A stretch of DNA of 64,000 nucleotides from Escherichia coli. GTDB taxonomy: Bacteria > Pseudomonadota > Gammaproteobacteria > Enterobacterales > Enterobacteriaceae. The stretch is taken from NCBI RefSeq assembly GCF_044647545.1, contig NZ_CP172818.1. One strand, written 5' to 3'. This document shows, piece after piece, positions 1 through 10,179 of the stretch. The translations under genes and the position numbers were made by a program. Each line of letters starts with the position of its first letter. Position 1 is the stretch's first letter. The notes under the pieces were generated by a model that saw nothing but the letters and a program-made list of their open reading frames with translations, had not been told where the DNA came from and searched no databases.

Positions 1-156
1 GAATGAAACAATAGCTTTATTTATTAATAAAACGTGTCATTCTGTCTAATGACCTTTTATCTTACCCTTAAGATTTCAAGGATTTTGACTCATGGAAGAG
101 TCCTTTTTATTTAAATTTCACATTCAGCGCTAAAAATAATCCGATTTAATATTAAT

Positions 157-1180
<1,024 letters not shown>

Positions 1181-1184
<4 letters not shown>

Positions 1185-1492
1185 AGATATTTATGATGAG
1201 GACGCTCGTGCTTATTGGCAGGATTTTCAATCTTAAAGGAGTACTGATGCTGCAGATAAGACTCAACTTTTTCTGACAATTTTTCTGCTACTTCCAGGAA
1301 GACTTGCCGGACGCTCATTCTGGCTGCTGCCTCATAAAACTCCAGCGCAGCTCCTTCAACACGGTCCATGGCGACATCCAGGCCAAAAATTTCACCGTCA
1401 AAGCGTTCTTTGTCCTGTAAGGCTACAGTTACCGTAACTTTATTCTCAAAATTACGGACTCCTTTCACAACCAGTTCATAGTATTGAGTCAT
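1181..1492 (-). CDS. ydfR: Prophage protein of unknown function (DUF1327 family)
   Basis: 103 aa ORF between holin and endolysin, 4-nt overlap with rrrQ; K-12 Qin gene order. Confidence 0.65.
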
Positions 1493-1496
1493 TGGA

Positions 1497-1712
1497 TTAC
1501 TCTCCTCTCGCAGCCTTACGCCTGTCTTCTTTAATCTTGAAATAAAGATTTGTCAGGTACGTCAGCAGGCCAAATACCAGGCTACCCAGCACACCTATTG
1601 CTGCCCACTGTGAGGGCGTGACTTTATCGAGCAGCTGTAAAAACCAGTAGCCAGCACTGCCTGCGGAGGTGCCGTAGGCAATGCCTGTTGAAATTTTGTC
1701 CATGGATTTCAT
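1497..1712 (-). CDS. essQ: Phage 21 S-like pinholin (class II holin) with dual-start motif
   Basis: 71 aa from MKSMDK...; MKSM dual-start (holin/antiholin) motif, two hydrophobic segments, charged C-terminus; near-identical to S21 as recalled. Six-frame ORF extends upstream to 1790 but start at 1712 fits. Confidence 0.8.
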   Translation of the reverse strand: MKSMDKISTGIAYGTSAGSAGYWFLQLLDKVTPSQWAAIGVLGSLVFGLLTYLTNLYFKIKEDRRKAARGE

Positions 1713-1932
1713 AGCCTCACCTCCGCACGGAACGGATGGTGCAATATGTTTGAAAAGATCGGAGTCTACGGGGTAGTTTTGACAGCACACGTTGTTCTCA
1801 ACGGCGCTAAAAAAACATACACATTAAAAATGTGGGTAATTATTTTGAAAGAAAGTCATATATAAAATAATAATACGAGAAATGTTTTCATATTTAGTGT
1901 ACTGTATACGGCCATTTATACAGGAAAAGCCT

Positions 1933-2103
1933 ATGTCAGAACGTAAAAACTCAAAATCACGCCGTAATTATCTCGTTAAATGTTCCTGCCCAAACTGCAC
2001 CCAAGAGTCAGAACACAGTTTTTCAAGAGTACAAAAAGGTGCCCTTTTGATCTGCCCTCATTGCAACAAAGTATTCCAGACAAATCTTAAAGCTGTAGCC
2101 TGA
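1933..2103 (+). CDS. Small zinc-ribbon protein (CxxC...CxxC), 56 aa; possibly the Qin small protein YnfU
   Basis: ORF 1882-2103 with internal start MSERKN; CPNC and CPHC motifs; length matches a 56-aa K-12 Qin small protein as recalled (uncertain). Confidence 0.45.
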   Translation: MSERKNSKSRRNYLVKCSCPNCTQESEHSFSRVQKGALLICPHCNKVFQTNLKAVA

Positions 2104-2163
2104 TTGATTTTATTAGTAACAAGTATTTTTTATATTTTAATAATATATTTAAAGCAGATAATA

Positions 2164-2188
2164 AAAAACCCGCCTGAGCGGGTTTGAG
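2164..2188. terminator. Bidirectional rho-independent terminator (strong on minus strand, downstream of cspB)
   Basis: A6-CCCGC-ctga-GCGGG-TTT hairpin; on minus strand followed by T-run. Confidence 0.6.
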
Positions 2189-2466
2189 ATTGTGGTGCTT
2201 TTTGTGGGAGTCATCCACTTACGCACTTTGTTTTGCCATGCCAGCAGTTAGCTTCTGCTGTAAAACTATTCATGCAGCAAACCTGCACTTCACCACAATG
2301 GTTAGCATACTTTTCCTGATTAAGATTTTGCCAAATATGCTAGCCATTGTTTCATGTATTGGACCTCCTTACTTTTTATTAAAGAGATCCAATATTCACT
2401 ACTCTGTCCGTATCTCTACTCAGGCATCAGCCTTCTTCGTTATCGTATACAGACGAGCGATGAATT

Positions 2467-2682
2467 TTAATCAGTAATGATGACATTTGCTGCTGCAGGA
2501 CCTTTAGCACCACTCTCTATAGAGAAGGTAACCTTTTGACCTTCAAATAAGGTTCGATAATTATCATTCTGAATCGCAGAAAAATGCACAAACACATCTT
2601 TACTACCATCAACAGGAGAAATAAAGCCGAAACCTTTATCAGCGTTAAACCATTTTACTAAACCAGTCATTTTATTTGACAT
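2467..2682 (-). CDS. cspB: Cold shock protein CspB (prophage-encoded CspA paralog)
   Basis: 71 aa; [15 protein letters not shown]1 and VFVHF RNP2 motifs; divergent with cspF. Confidence 0.95.
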   Translation of the reverse strand: MSNKMTGLVKWFNADKGFGFISPVDGSKDVFVHFSAIQNDNYRTLFEGQKVTFSIESGAKGPAAANVIITD

Positions 2683-2982
2683 TCTACATTCCTTAACTTG
2701 AGCCTTTCGGCATAAATGGTTTGCATAACAGAAACGACTTCGTACTTAATTGGAGAGACTCAAAGAAGGAATAAGTGAATAACACCTGAAATGAGAACTG
2801 CTTTAGTAAACTACTTCGTATATCGTCTGTTCTTCAAACCGACGCAATCATTAACGCATAGTTGAACATATGAAGCAATGTTTATTTTAGACATCCAGCC
2901 ATCTTCAACCCCATCAAAAAACTATAGCTTTCTTCAGGAACGTGTGTATAGTGCGCCAAGTTATCAGTATTAAGGAATTTTT

Positions 2983-3195
2983 TTGTCCCGTAAAATGACA
3001 GGAATTGTCAAAACCTTTGACGGCAAAAGCGGCAAGGGTCTTATCACCCCATCCGATGGTCGTATCGATGTCCAGCTTCATGTTTCAGCGCTCAATCTCC
3101 GCGATGCAGAAGAAATTACCACCGGATTACGCGTGGAATTTTGCCGGATAAATGGTCTGCGTGGCCCTTCAGCTGCCAATGTTTACCTTTCATGA
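2983..3195 (+). CDS. cspF: Cold shock protein-like CspF
   Basis: 70 aa CspA-family fold with degenerate RNP motifs; divergent partner of cspB. Confidence 0.9.
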
Positions 3196-3487
3196 GCTAT
3201 ATTAAAGCTTTAATTTCAGGCCCCATCGGATCACACATGGAGAGTTTTTATGAATAACCCCGTCTGTCTTGATGACTGGTTGATTGGCTTTAAAAGCTTA
3301 TGCTGTACTTTGGCCGTAATAGCTCTGCTAATAATATAATAAGCAGACTCATTGTGTTTAGGGACATTGTACTGGAAGAAAACATTTTAAACATCAGGCA
3401 AATAACCAAGTCACCAGCTAAATAATAAGTTAACAGACATGAGTCCCGGGATGAGATTCAACATTACCATTGCCCCATTTAAAGCAC

Positions 3488-3516
3488 AAAACCCGCTCAT
3501 CAGCGGGTTTTCTACT
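3488..3516. terminator. Bidirectional rho-independent terminator between cspF and quuQ
   Basis: AAAA-CCCGCT-catc-AGCGGG-TTTTCT hairpin with A-run upstream and T-run downstream. Confidence 0.65.
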
Positions 3517-3616
3517 TTTTCTTAACGTCGGGTATACAAAGCCCATCGTTAGGAGAATCCTAACCAAATTTTTTGAAAAATGCAAGAATCATGTCGCCAT
3601 CTTCGGCGAAAATCAT

Positions 3617-4369
3617 TTATCTCGTCACTTTTCTTAATTGCGCCTCAGCATATGCTTCTTCCTGCCAGCACTTTGTCACCAGTTTATCAATGACATCTGC
3701 ATATCCTTTGTACCACTGATAATCCGTCAGGTCTGGTACCAGCTTCTGGACATGATGCCGCGCCAGTGTGGTTGGTAAACGGCTAAACCGATTTCCATTG
3801 CAACGCCCACAAATCTTATAAACAGGCGTGCCATGAAGCCGGGTCCTTTTTTCATCCAGGACAATACCTTTACCCTTACACCCTCTGCACGCTGTGCTGA
3901 CTTCTCCCTTACCATGACAATGCTGACATAGTTCCTTCACCCACTCTTCCTTGATAACAGATTCCCCGCTTCTGGAGTGTTTCACCACTTCGCGCAATAC
4001 ATTATGAAATCCAGTACCAGCACAATGCTCACAGCGAGCCTTACTTGCCGCAGACCTGGAATAATCAGCAAAGGCAAAATTCACAAGGTAAGGGATGATC
4101 TGTAACCGGGTTTCTTCACTCAATTTGTTCAATGTCGGGTTATCCAGTGCCATCGCGTAATTGAGCAGACCTTCAATCGCAAATTGAGGATCCTGAACAC
4201 CAACTTTTGCCAGGAATAAGGCAAACCCAAGCGGTGCTTTCGACTGCACCATCCCCTGCGCAGCCATCACATCCGTAATCGTTAAACCACCTGAGCCTGT
4301 CGCCGGTGCGTCATCGCTCAATTTTGGAGATTTTGGGGAGTAATATTTTGGTAAGGCTTCAAGGTTCAT
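3617..4369 (-). CDS. quuQ: Lambdoid late-gene antiterminator Q
   Basis: 250 aa; Cys-rich zinc-finger region (CQHCHGKG...CRGCKGKG, CGRCNGNRF) typical of Q proteins; upstream of lysis cassette on same strand. Confidence 0.85.
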   Translation of the reverse strand: MNLEALPKYYSPKSPKLSDDAPATGSGGLTITDVMAAQGMVQSKAPLGFALFLAKVGVQDPQFAIEGLLNYAMALDNPTLNKLSEETRLQIIPYLVNFAFADYSRSAASKARCEHCAGTGFHNVLREVVKHSRSGESVIKEEWVKELCQHCHGKGEVSTACRGCKGKGIVLDEKRTRLHGTPVYKICGRCNGNRFSRLPTTLARHHVQKLVPDLTDYQWYKGYADVIDKLVTKCWQEEAYAEAQLRKVTR

Positions 4370-4564
4370 GCTCGTTCTCCACTTACGCCAGTACGCCTAT
4401 TGCCAGCGCACGATCGATAAAACGAAATATCAGCTCCAGCTGGGAACCATACATCTCTTCAAATGCCACGGTATCCGCATGCAGCTCGTCGTGATGCTTT
4501 CTGCACAAAGGCAACACGAAGAGGTCATGCGCTTTTGTACCCATTCCACCCTGACCGTGGCCTA

Positions 4565-5470
4565 TCAGGTGATGGGGATCATCGGCAGGCTTACCACAAC
4601 ACGCACACGGCTGTGTCTTAACCCAGCGCGTGTACTTCTCATTAACCCAGCGGCGACGTTTAGGCGCTTCATAAAAGATTCCGGCGACTCTGGATCAACG
4701 GCAATGCTGACCACCGTCTTTTCCTGTGGTGGGTTCTGTTGCTGGTGGGCGTGAGGCAGCGGCGCAAGATTTTTTGTGCGCTGTTTCAGTATGCTGGTGG
4801 CGGTCTGCTCTCCCGGTACGATGTCGCTTTCGCGGTACACCGAGCAGATTTTTTCCGCTGGTAATCCCAGCGAACGACGCGATACAGCCTCAGGTAGTGC
4901 ATCCACCACCTGATTGCAGACCGCCCACCAGGATAATTCAGCCAAAGATAATTCCCGCTCCTGCGTACCGCTTATTGCGTGACGGATGACGTCAATCACC
5001 CATGCTGTCAGATTTTGTTGAGCAAGCAGCTCCAGTGATTCCGATGTCTGGTCACGCAGTTGGTTGTCGCAGTGCCAACACAACACCATTGCGCCGGTAC
5101 CATAACGGTGAATGACTGTTTCAGTGTGATGGTAATCTCCATTAGGCCACTGGCAGGATGTAACATGACGTAATAGCCAGTCAGACAATGCGCCAACGCC
5201 GCCAGCAGCACGAATCACCCGTTCGTTACTAAAAAACGGCAGCAATGTTTTGTCTTCCGCCAGCGGCTGGCCAACGGCAGGAACGACTCCGGATGGCAGA
5301 TTACGCATGCTTTTTGGTTCCGGTTCCACCAGCACTCGAGGATTATGAAATATCTGTATGGATTCACGGCCCGGCTTAAGGACCACCAGCCCAAGCTCAG
5401 GCACCAGAACAGGTCTAAGTAATACCCGCACGTTACCTCCAGATCCGTTGCTGGAAAGTGCGGGACGCAC
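4565..5470 (-). CDS. ydfU: Prophage protein, DUF968 family (NinG/Q-upstream region)
   Basis: 301 aa ORF upstream of Q; Cys/His-rich segment; possible C-terminal truncation relative to reference cannot be assessed. Confidence 0.6.
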   Translation of the reverse strand: MRPALSSNGSGGNVRVLLRPVLVPELGLVVLKPGRESIQIFHNPRVLVEPEPKSMRNLPSGVVPAVGQPLAEDKTLLPFFSNERVIRAAGGVGALSDWLLRHVTSCQWPNGDYHHTETVIHRYGTGAMVLCWHCDNQLRDQTSESLELLAQQNLTAWVIDVIRHAISGTQERELSLAELSWWAVCNQVVDALPEAVSRRSLGLPAEKICSVYRESDIVPGEQTATSILKQRTKNLAPLPHAHQQQNPPQEKTVVSIAVDPESPESFMKRLNVAAGLMRSTRAGLRHSRVRVVVSLPMIPIT

Positions 5471-5711
5471 GTGGTGGGCGTTCGGAGTAAGGCAATCTGA
5501 CTGAGATTATCCAGTGACGGTAGTCGAGACTAAGGGCTTTCTTAACCTCGTATCCGCGCCTGCGGTAACACTGAATTATCCATTCAGCCTGCTCTTCAGT
5601 GCATGGAGGGTGTTGGAACCATTCAGACTTGAATGCGTGAGAATACCGCTCGTGCGTGCAGGCAAGAACGGGCGAATTATCAGAATTGTAATATTTTACG
5701 TTGCGTGCCAT
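5433..5711 (-). CDS. Hypothetical prophage protein
   Basis: 92 aa ORF, overlaps ydfU start by 38 nt in another frame; could be N-terminal extension of ydfU after a frameshift. Confidence 0.3.
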   Translation of the reverse strand: MARNVKYYNSDNSPVLACTHERYSHAFKSEWFQHPPCTEEQAEWIIQCYRRRGYEVKKALSLDYRHWIISVRLPYSERPPRASRTFQQRIWR

Positions 5712-5777
5712 CGGTTTTCTCCGGTGGCACGGTGTTACTCAGCGGGAGTTCAGCCCCGCGCAAGATTGTAGATGAGT

Positions 5778-6029
5778 TTATTCTTCTGCAAAAGCTGAAA
5801 AGCCTGCTTTTATTCCGATCTCTTTCAGTGCCTGTAATGAAGTGACAAACTCACCTTCGCGCAAGATAAATCCGTCTGTCACTCGACCATCCACAAAATT
5901 AATTAACGCAGCCCCATTCTTTCGCAAACACATAATGCGGTAATGACTAACAAGATTTCCATTTTCAACGCACACCGCATAGAGGCCATCTTCACAAAAA
6001 ATTTTACGCAGTTCTTCGATGTTCATCAT
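5778..6029 (-). CDS. rem: Prophage protein of unknown function
   Basis: 83 aa ORF in the position of K-12 rem between ydfU and hokD. Confidence 0.55.
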   Translation of the reverse strand: MMNIEELRKIFCEDGLYAVCVENGNLVSHYRIMCLRKNGAALINFVDGRVTDGFILREGEFVTSLQALKEIGIKAGFSAFAEE

Positions 6030-6146
6030 CAGAATCCTTCCGGATAATTAGCTCTCCCCTTTAAGGGACCATCCCTCTTATCCCTGCGCGCTACTTAAGT
6101 ATTTTTGATTCTATTCCGGCACCGTCCAGAACTTCAAACGCGTTGA

Positions 6147-6177
6147 AAATAAAAACAAAAACCCGCCGAAGCGGGTT
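6147..6177 (-). terminator. Rho-independent terminator of relBE-hokD operon (hok mRNA 3' end)
   Basis: Minus strand: AACCCGCTTCGGCGGGTTTTTGTTTTTATTTT hairpin plus T-run, ~70 nt downstream of hokD stop. Confidence 0.8.
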
Positions 6178-6245
6178 AAGTGCGGGTGCGTTGAGGATGC
6201 CTGCCACATCAGAGGTGGCGAGGGATTTCTCCCTCGCCGGGTCTC

Positions 6246-6401
6246 TTACTCCTCAGGTTCGTAAGCTGTGAAGACAGCGACCTCCGTCTGCCCGGTTCGG
6301 ATTCGTACCTCGCAGAGGTCTTTCCTCGTTACCAGTGCCGTCACTATGACGGTTAAACAGATGACGATCAGGGCGATTAACATCGCCTTTTGCTGCTTCA
6401 T
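6246..6401 (-). CDS. hokD: Hok/Gef-family membrane toxin HokD (RelF); not in the ORF track because <60 aa
   Basis: Manual translation of minus strand gives MKQQKAMLIALIVICLTVIVTALVTRKDLCEVRIRTGQTEVAVFTAYEPEE (51 aa), a Hok-family sequence. Confidence 0.9.
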   Translation of the reverse strand: MKQQKAMLIALIVICLTVIVTALVTRKDLCEVRIRTGQTEVAVFTAYEPEE

Positions 6402-6472
6402 AGCCTGCTTCTCCTGTCAACGCAAAGCAGAAGTGTCACCTTCGGTGCGAAACAGAGATGTCATGCTTTGGT

Positions 6473-6760
6473 TCAGAGAATGCGTTTGACCGCCTCGCTA
6501 TATACTTCCGAGCGTTCTCTTTTCCCAACAGAAATCACGAAAACGACAACTTTCTCGTCTATAACCTGGTATACAAGGCGATAGCCTGAAGACCGGAGCT
6601 TAATCTTGTAACAATCAGGCATACCACGGAGCTTGTTTGCTTCAATCCGGGGTGACTCAAGTACTTCAACCAGCTTCTTTTTCAACTGTTCACGTACCGT
6701 CGAGCCCAGCTTTCGCCATTCCTTTAGTGCCCGCTCGTCAAAATCCAGAAAATACGCCAT
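6473..6760 (-). CDS. relE: Type II toxin RelE (ribosome-dependent mRNA endonuclease)
   Basis: 95 aa, overlaps relB stop by 1 nt. Confidence 0.95.
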   Translation of the reverse strand: MAYFLDFDERALKEWRKLGSTVREQLKKKLVEVLESPRIEANKLRGMPDCYKIKLRSSGYRLVYQVIDEKVVVFVISVGKRERSEVYSEAVKRIL

Positions 6761-6999
6761 CAGAGTTCATCCAGCGTCACACGTACTGGCTTAGGATTAC
6801 GAAGCCGTTCTTTCACTATCTCCACAAGTTCAGCATCTTCATCACTCAGGAGTGTCTGTTTGAACGGCAAGCGTTCATTGTCAGCGATATACTCGAGCAT
6901 GAGACGAAGCGCTTCAGAAGGAGTTACACCCATTTTTTCAAGCGCGGCGTAAGAACGCGCTTTAAGTTCATCGTCAATACGCAGGTTAATGCTACCCAT
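6760..6999 (-). CDS. relB: Antitoxin RelB (RHH DNA-binding)
   Basis: 79 aa, MGSINLRIDDELK ribbon-helix-helix N-terminus. Confidence 0.95.
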   Translation of the reverse strand: MGSINLRIDDELKARSYAALEKMGVTPSEALRLMLEYIADNERLPFKQTLLSDEDAELVEIVKERLRNPKPVRVTLDEL

Positions 7000-7011
7000 G
7001 TCTTACACCTC

Positions 7012-7036
7012 TTGTAATTACAAATGTCATTACAAG
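7012..7036 (-). promoter_or_regulatory. relBE operator/promoter region (relO-like inverted hexad repeats)
   Basis: TTGTAATTACAA palindrome followed by TGTCATTACAAG, 13-37 nt upstream of relB start. Confidence 0.6.
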
Positions 7037-7329
7037 TATCGCACTACAACATGCTTAGGGCAAGTCACGAAGGAAGTCAGAAAGTAGTCGTAAGAACGGT
7101 GATCACTGTCCGCTTTGTGCCAGGAGCAGCCATTGCTAAGTCCATCCTGTATTGTGCAGGTCAGCTCGTTTTTAAAGAGTCCGGCCATCATCTTACTGGT
7201 ACAGACACCATATACTTTGTGACGGTCAGGCTACATATGCACAACTCAACTTATTCATCTATTTTTTGCTTTAGCATGTCAGTGTTGCTTTCTCGTCGGC
7301 GGGTGAGCGGTGACCTGACCTGTCGATAA
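7024..7329 (+). CDS. Hypothetical prophage ORF (possibly ydfV; strand and reality uncertain)
   Basis: 101 aa ORF; no clear RBS; overlaps relB promoter region. Confidence 0.25.
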   Translation: MSLQVSHYNMLRASHEGSQKVVVRTVITVRFVPGAAIAKSILYCAGQLVFKESGHHLTGTDTIYFVTVRLHMHNSTYSSIFCFSMSVLLSRRRVSGDLTCR

Positions 7330-7481
7330 AGGAACGTAACACGTTTTATGCAACACCCGCATGCGGCAGAAAATTATTGCCGAACGTTTACCCCTGTCAA
7401 CAAGCTTTACTTTCTGAGGCGCGCCAGCCCGCGAGGAAAACAATCTGAACATCAAACAATTAATGACACAAGAAATACGAT

Positions 7482-7508
7482 TAAAGATTTTTTTGTGCAT
7501 GCCGATAG
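7482..7508 (+). promoter_or_regulatory. Sigma-28 (FliA) class promoter for flxA
   Basis: TAAAGATT-N11-GCCGATAG vs consensus TAAAGTTT-N11-GCCGATAA, ~24 nt upstream of flxA start. Confidence 0.7.
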
Positions 7509-7531
7509 TGCTTTTTTAAAAGGAGAAATCT

Positions 7532-7864
7532 ATGTCTGTCACAATTCAGGGAAATACCTCAACCGTTATTTCAAACAACTCCGCCCCGGAAGGAACATCA
7601 GAAATAGCCAAAATCACAAGACAAATTCAGGTGCTGACTGAAAAGCTTGGGAAAATCTCATCGGAAGAGGGGATGACGACACAGCAGAAAAAAGAAATGG
7701 CTGCATTGGTACAGAAGCAAATTGAAAGCCTCTGGGCTCAACTGGAGCAGTTGTTAAGGCAGCAGGCAGAGAAAAAGAATGAAGACGCGACAGTTCAGCC
7801 TGATAAAAAAGAAGAGAAAAAAGACGATACAAATACCGCTGGCACCATTGATATTTACGTCTAA
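7532..7864 (+). CDS. flxA: FliA-regulated protein FlxA
   Basis: 110 aa, Q/K/E-rich coiled-coil-like; preceded by sigma-28 promoter and AGGAG RBS. Confidence 0.85.
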   Translation: MSVTIQGNTSTVISNNSAPEGTSEIAKITRQIQVLTEKLGKISSEEGMTTQQKKEMAALVQKQIESLWAQLEQLLRQQAEKKNEDATVQPDKKEEKKDDTNTAGTIDIYV

Positions 7865-7878
7865 GTGACAGCCGTATT

Positions 7879-7904
7879 GTGGCCCTCATCGGGCCACTTT
7901 TCGC
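7879..7904 (+). terminator. Rho-independent terminator downstream of flxA
   Basis: GTGGCCC-tcatc-GGGCCAC followed by TTTT. Confidence 0.65.
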
Positions 7905-8248
7905 CATCAGCCTTTTCTTTAAAGACATATTATCTTTGTATCATTTCTGATAGTTAACATTACAAGATATAAGTAATGGACGCACTCCCAATTAGTCTAT
8001 TTAAATCGCCACGAGTTTAACTGACAACCCATGATCAATTATGAATTGCAACTATTTCTGTAGTCACTTTTGTGGGGACAGTCCACAAAACTGCCAACTT
8101 CCGCTTCTTGCTCTTAGCGGACATTAGCATAGGCTATTTACCATAACGCCTCATTACGCGCACCGCCCAGACTGACTCAGCGCGTTTCTGGCATATCCCC
8201 GGTAAAACAAGTAACAAACCACCCGAAAATGAACACCAGAAACGCGAC

Positions 8249-8476
8249 TTAAGAATCTACCCTATGAATGGATATGCACTCAACCGAATCGATCTTGGTT
8301 TCAATCTTTTTTATCGGGATCAGGCTTCTTTTTAGGTAACTTCGGGGGCTTAACTTGCTGATGACTTTGCGTTCGGCGCGTAAGCCAGGGATGGTCAGCT
8401 TTAGGTTTAACATAGTATTTTGAGCGTAAATCAATACGGGCATTATCCACTCGTTCATGGACACTCTTTTCATCAT
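8249..8476 (-). CDS. Hypothetical prophage protein (intK/ydfW region)
   Basis: 75 aa ORF overlapping the next ORF by 4 nt. Confidence 0.35.
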   Translation of the reverse strand: MMKRVSMNEWIMPVLIYAQNTMLNLKLTIPGLRAERKVISKLSPRSYLKRSLIPIKKIETKIDSVECISIHRVDS

Positions 8477-8763
8477 CCAGTGGTAGCCTCCATAATTGCA
8501 GGCACTAGCGCCGTGAACTTTTCACGCTTATCCCTAGTGTCGATAGCCTTCCAGCGTTCGAATATCTTCACTCGATTAACGCCAAGCGCTCGCTGATCAA
8601 CCGCGCCACCTTCATCTGTGACACGCTGAACATCGATGTTCGGGCGCTCTTTCAAAGCCCAGAATGCTTCAGTGATTAATATCGTCGCCTGCTCCTGTGT
8701 CATTCCTGGTCGACATATCCAGGCATCCAGAGCCTCACGAGCCTGTTCAGGAGTGATTTTCAT
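8473..8763 (-). CDS. ydfX: Hypothetical prophage protein
   Basis: 96 aa ORF downstream of dicC on same strand. Confidence 0.45.
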   Translation of the reverse strand: MKITPEQAREALDAWICRPGMTQEQATILITEAFWALKERPNIDVQRVTDEGGAVDQRALGVNRVKIFERWKAIDTRDKREKFTALVPAIMEATTG

Positions 8764-8974
8764 TGTTCAACCGCCCCGCCCGCTTCGTCTTACGATATTC
8801 GTCATAAACCTTGGGATCATACAGAAGCTCGCCGCCAGATGCCTCCTGTAGACGCATCGCGCGACCTTCAGGAACCAGCTCTTGCCATTGAGAAACAGCA
8901 GATGGGTCAACGCCAGCAGCTTTCGCTACTTTGGCTTTCGTACCGTAAAAATTAATTACGTCTGATTTAAACAT
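8747..8974 (-). CDS. dicC: Cro-like repressor DicC
   Basis: Start at MFKSDV with GGAGG RBS upstream; HTH region; divergent from dicA. Confidence 0.75.
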   Translation of the reverse strand: MFKSDVINFYGTKAKVAKAAGVDPSAVSQWQELVPEGRAMRLQEASGGELLYDPKVYDEYRKTKRAGRLNNENHS

Positions 8975-9049
8975 CGCACCTCCAATATTGGTTTTCTCAA
9001 TGCTAATCACTCAAGAATCTCAAGTCAAGGGTTATTAAGATATCTAAAT

Positions 9050-9457
9050 ATGAACGAGAAAACTTTAGGTCAACGCATTAGAGAAAGACGTAAGCAGGTA
9101 GGCTTAAGTCAAAACGGTTTAAGCAAAGCTGCTGGCGTATCTGGCTCATCAATTTCATTATGGGAAAGTGACCATACAGCCCCGCGCGGGCAAAATTTGC
9201 ATCGCCTCGCCGAGGTATTGCAATGTTCACCAACCTGGATACTGTTTGGCGACGAGGACAAAACACCAGCTCCCCCTGTTTCACTCGATAGTGCCTTAGA
9301 CTTATCGGAAGATGAGTTAGAGATGCTGCGTTTGTATCGCGCACTTCCTAAATCAGAGCAACAAGCACAACTCAGCGAACTCCGCGCCCGCGTTGAGAAT
9401 TTTAATCGCCTGTTCACCGAGCTATTAGAGGCTCGCAAACGCTACAAGCATCAATAA
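9050..9457 (+). CDS. dicA: CI-like HTH repressor DicA (represses dicB operon)
   Basis: 135 aa, N-terminal XRE-type HTH (GLSQNGLSKAAGVSGSSISLWE). Confidence 0.85.
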   Translation: MNEKTLGQRIRERRKQVGLSQNGLSKAAGVSGSSISLWESDHTAPRGQNLHRLAEVLQCSPTWILFGDEDKTPAPPVSLDSALDLSEDELEMLRLYRALPKSEQQAQLSELRARVENFNRLFTELLEARKRYKHQ

Positions 9458-9649
9458 TCATCCCTTCACAAAATTTTAAAGCCTTACATTTCAATGTATT
9501 GGCTTTATCTTGCGCCAATACTTGAGTTTTCTCATCAAAAAACCTTGACGAAAAATAATGAGAAAACTAAATTACTTCCATCAAGACACCGCACGGTGTT
9601 CTCAGCAAACAGTTCCGCTACCCCGGCGTTAAGGGGAAATGAGGTCAGC

Positions 9650-9802
9650 ATGGATACTATCGATCTTGGCAACAGCGAATCTCTGGTATGTGGCGTGTTC
9701 CCCAACCAGGACGGTACGTTCACCGCGATGACATATACCAAAAGCAAAACGTTTAAAACCGAATCTGGCGCGCGTTGCTGGTTAGCCAGAAACACTGACT
9801 GA
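9650..9802 (+). CDS. ydfA: Small prophage protein, first gene of dicB operon
   Basis: Start MDTIDLG with GAGG RBS; ~50 aa. Confidence 0.65.
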   Translation: MDTIDLGNSESLVCGVFPNQDGTFTAMTYTKSKTFKTESGARCWLARNTD

Positions 9803-10179
9803 TGAGGCTGACGATGGAATTTAAAGATTTACCGTCTGATGTACAGAAAACAGCAGCTCATACATTGCATTCTGTGCTGCGAGAAATCGGGAAAGATATT
9901 GCAAGCGAGCCAGCAAAAGATCTGGCCCGGAAAATCAAGACCGCTTTCGTTGAGCTTTATAATGTTGGCACTGACTCTGAAACTGTCGAGACCAAGACCG
10001 TAAGTTCACCAATATTCTCACTTGAGCCAGGCGTATTATCAGGTGAAATATGCACCGAGATTTCCAGCGAACTGCTTCCGGTAATACGAGAAGCAATTTG
10101 CCGTCGCGGTTTGGATGGAAGTTACGATCATGACGTCCTGCAAGTTCTCAGGACAATGGTGACTTCACTGGGGATTTGA
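9802..10179 (+). CDS. Prophage protein spanning the ydfB-ydfC position as one 125-aa ORF
   Basis: Single continuous ORF; in K-12 annotation I recall two small genes here. Confidence 0.5.
   Translation: MRLTMEFKDLPSDVQKTAAHTLHSVLREIGKDIASEPAKDLARKIKTAFVELYNVGTDSETVETKTVSSPIFSLEPGVLSGEICTEISSELLPVIREAICRRGLDGSYDHDVLQVLRTMVTSLGI

Noticed and set aside
4370-4564. 195-nt gap between quuQ start and the stop of the ydfU ORF, possible 3' truncation of ydfU
   Set aside because: I cannot recall the reference length reliably enough to claim a frameshift; needs alignment
8069-8090. Inverted repeat TTTGTGG-N8-CCACAAA in the flxA-downstream intergenic region
   Set aside because: Short, no T-run for a terminator and no adjacent gene context to suggest an operator; likely incidental
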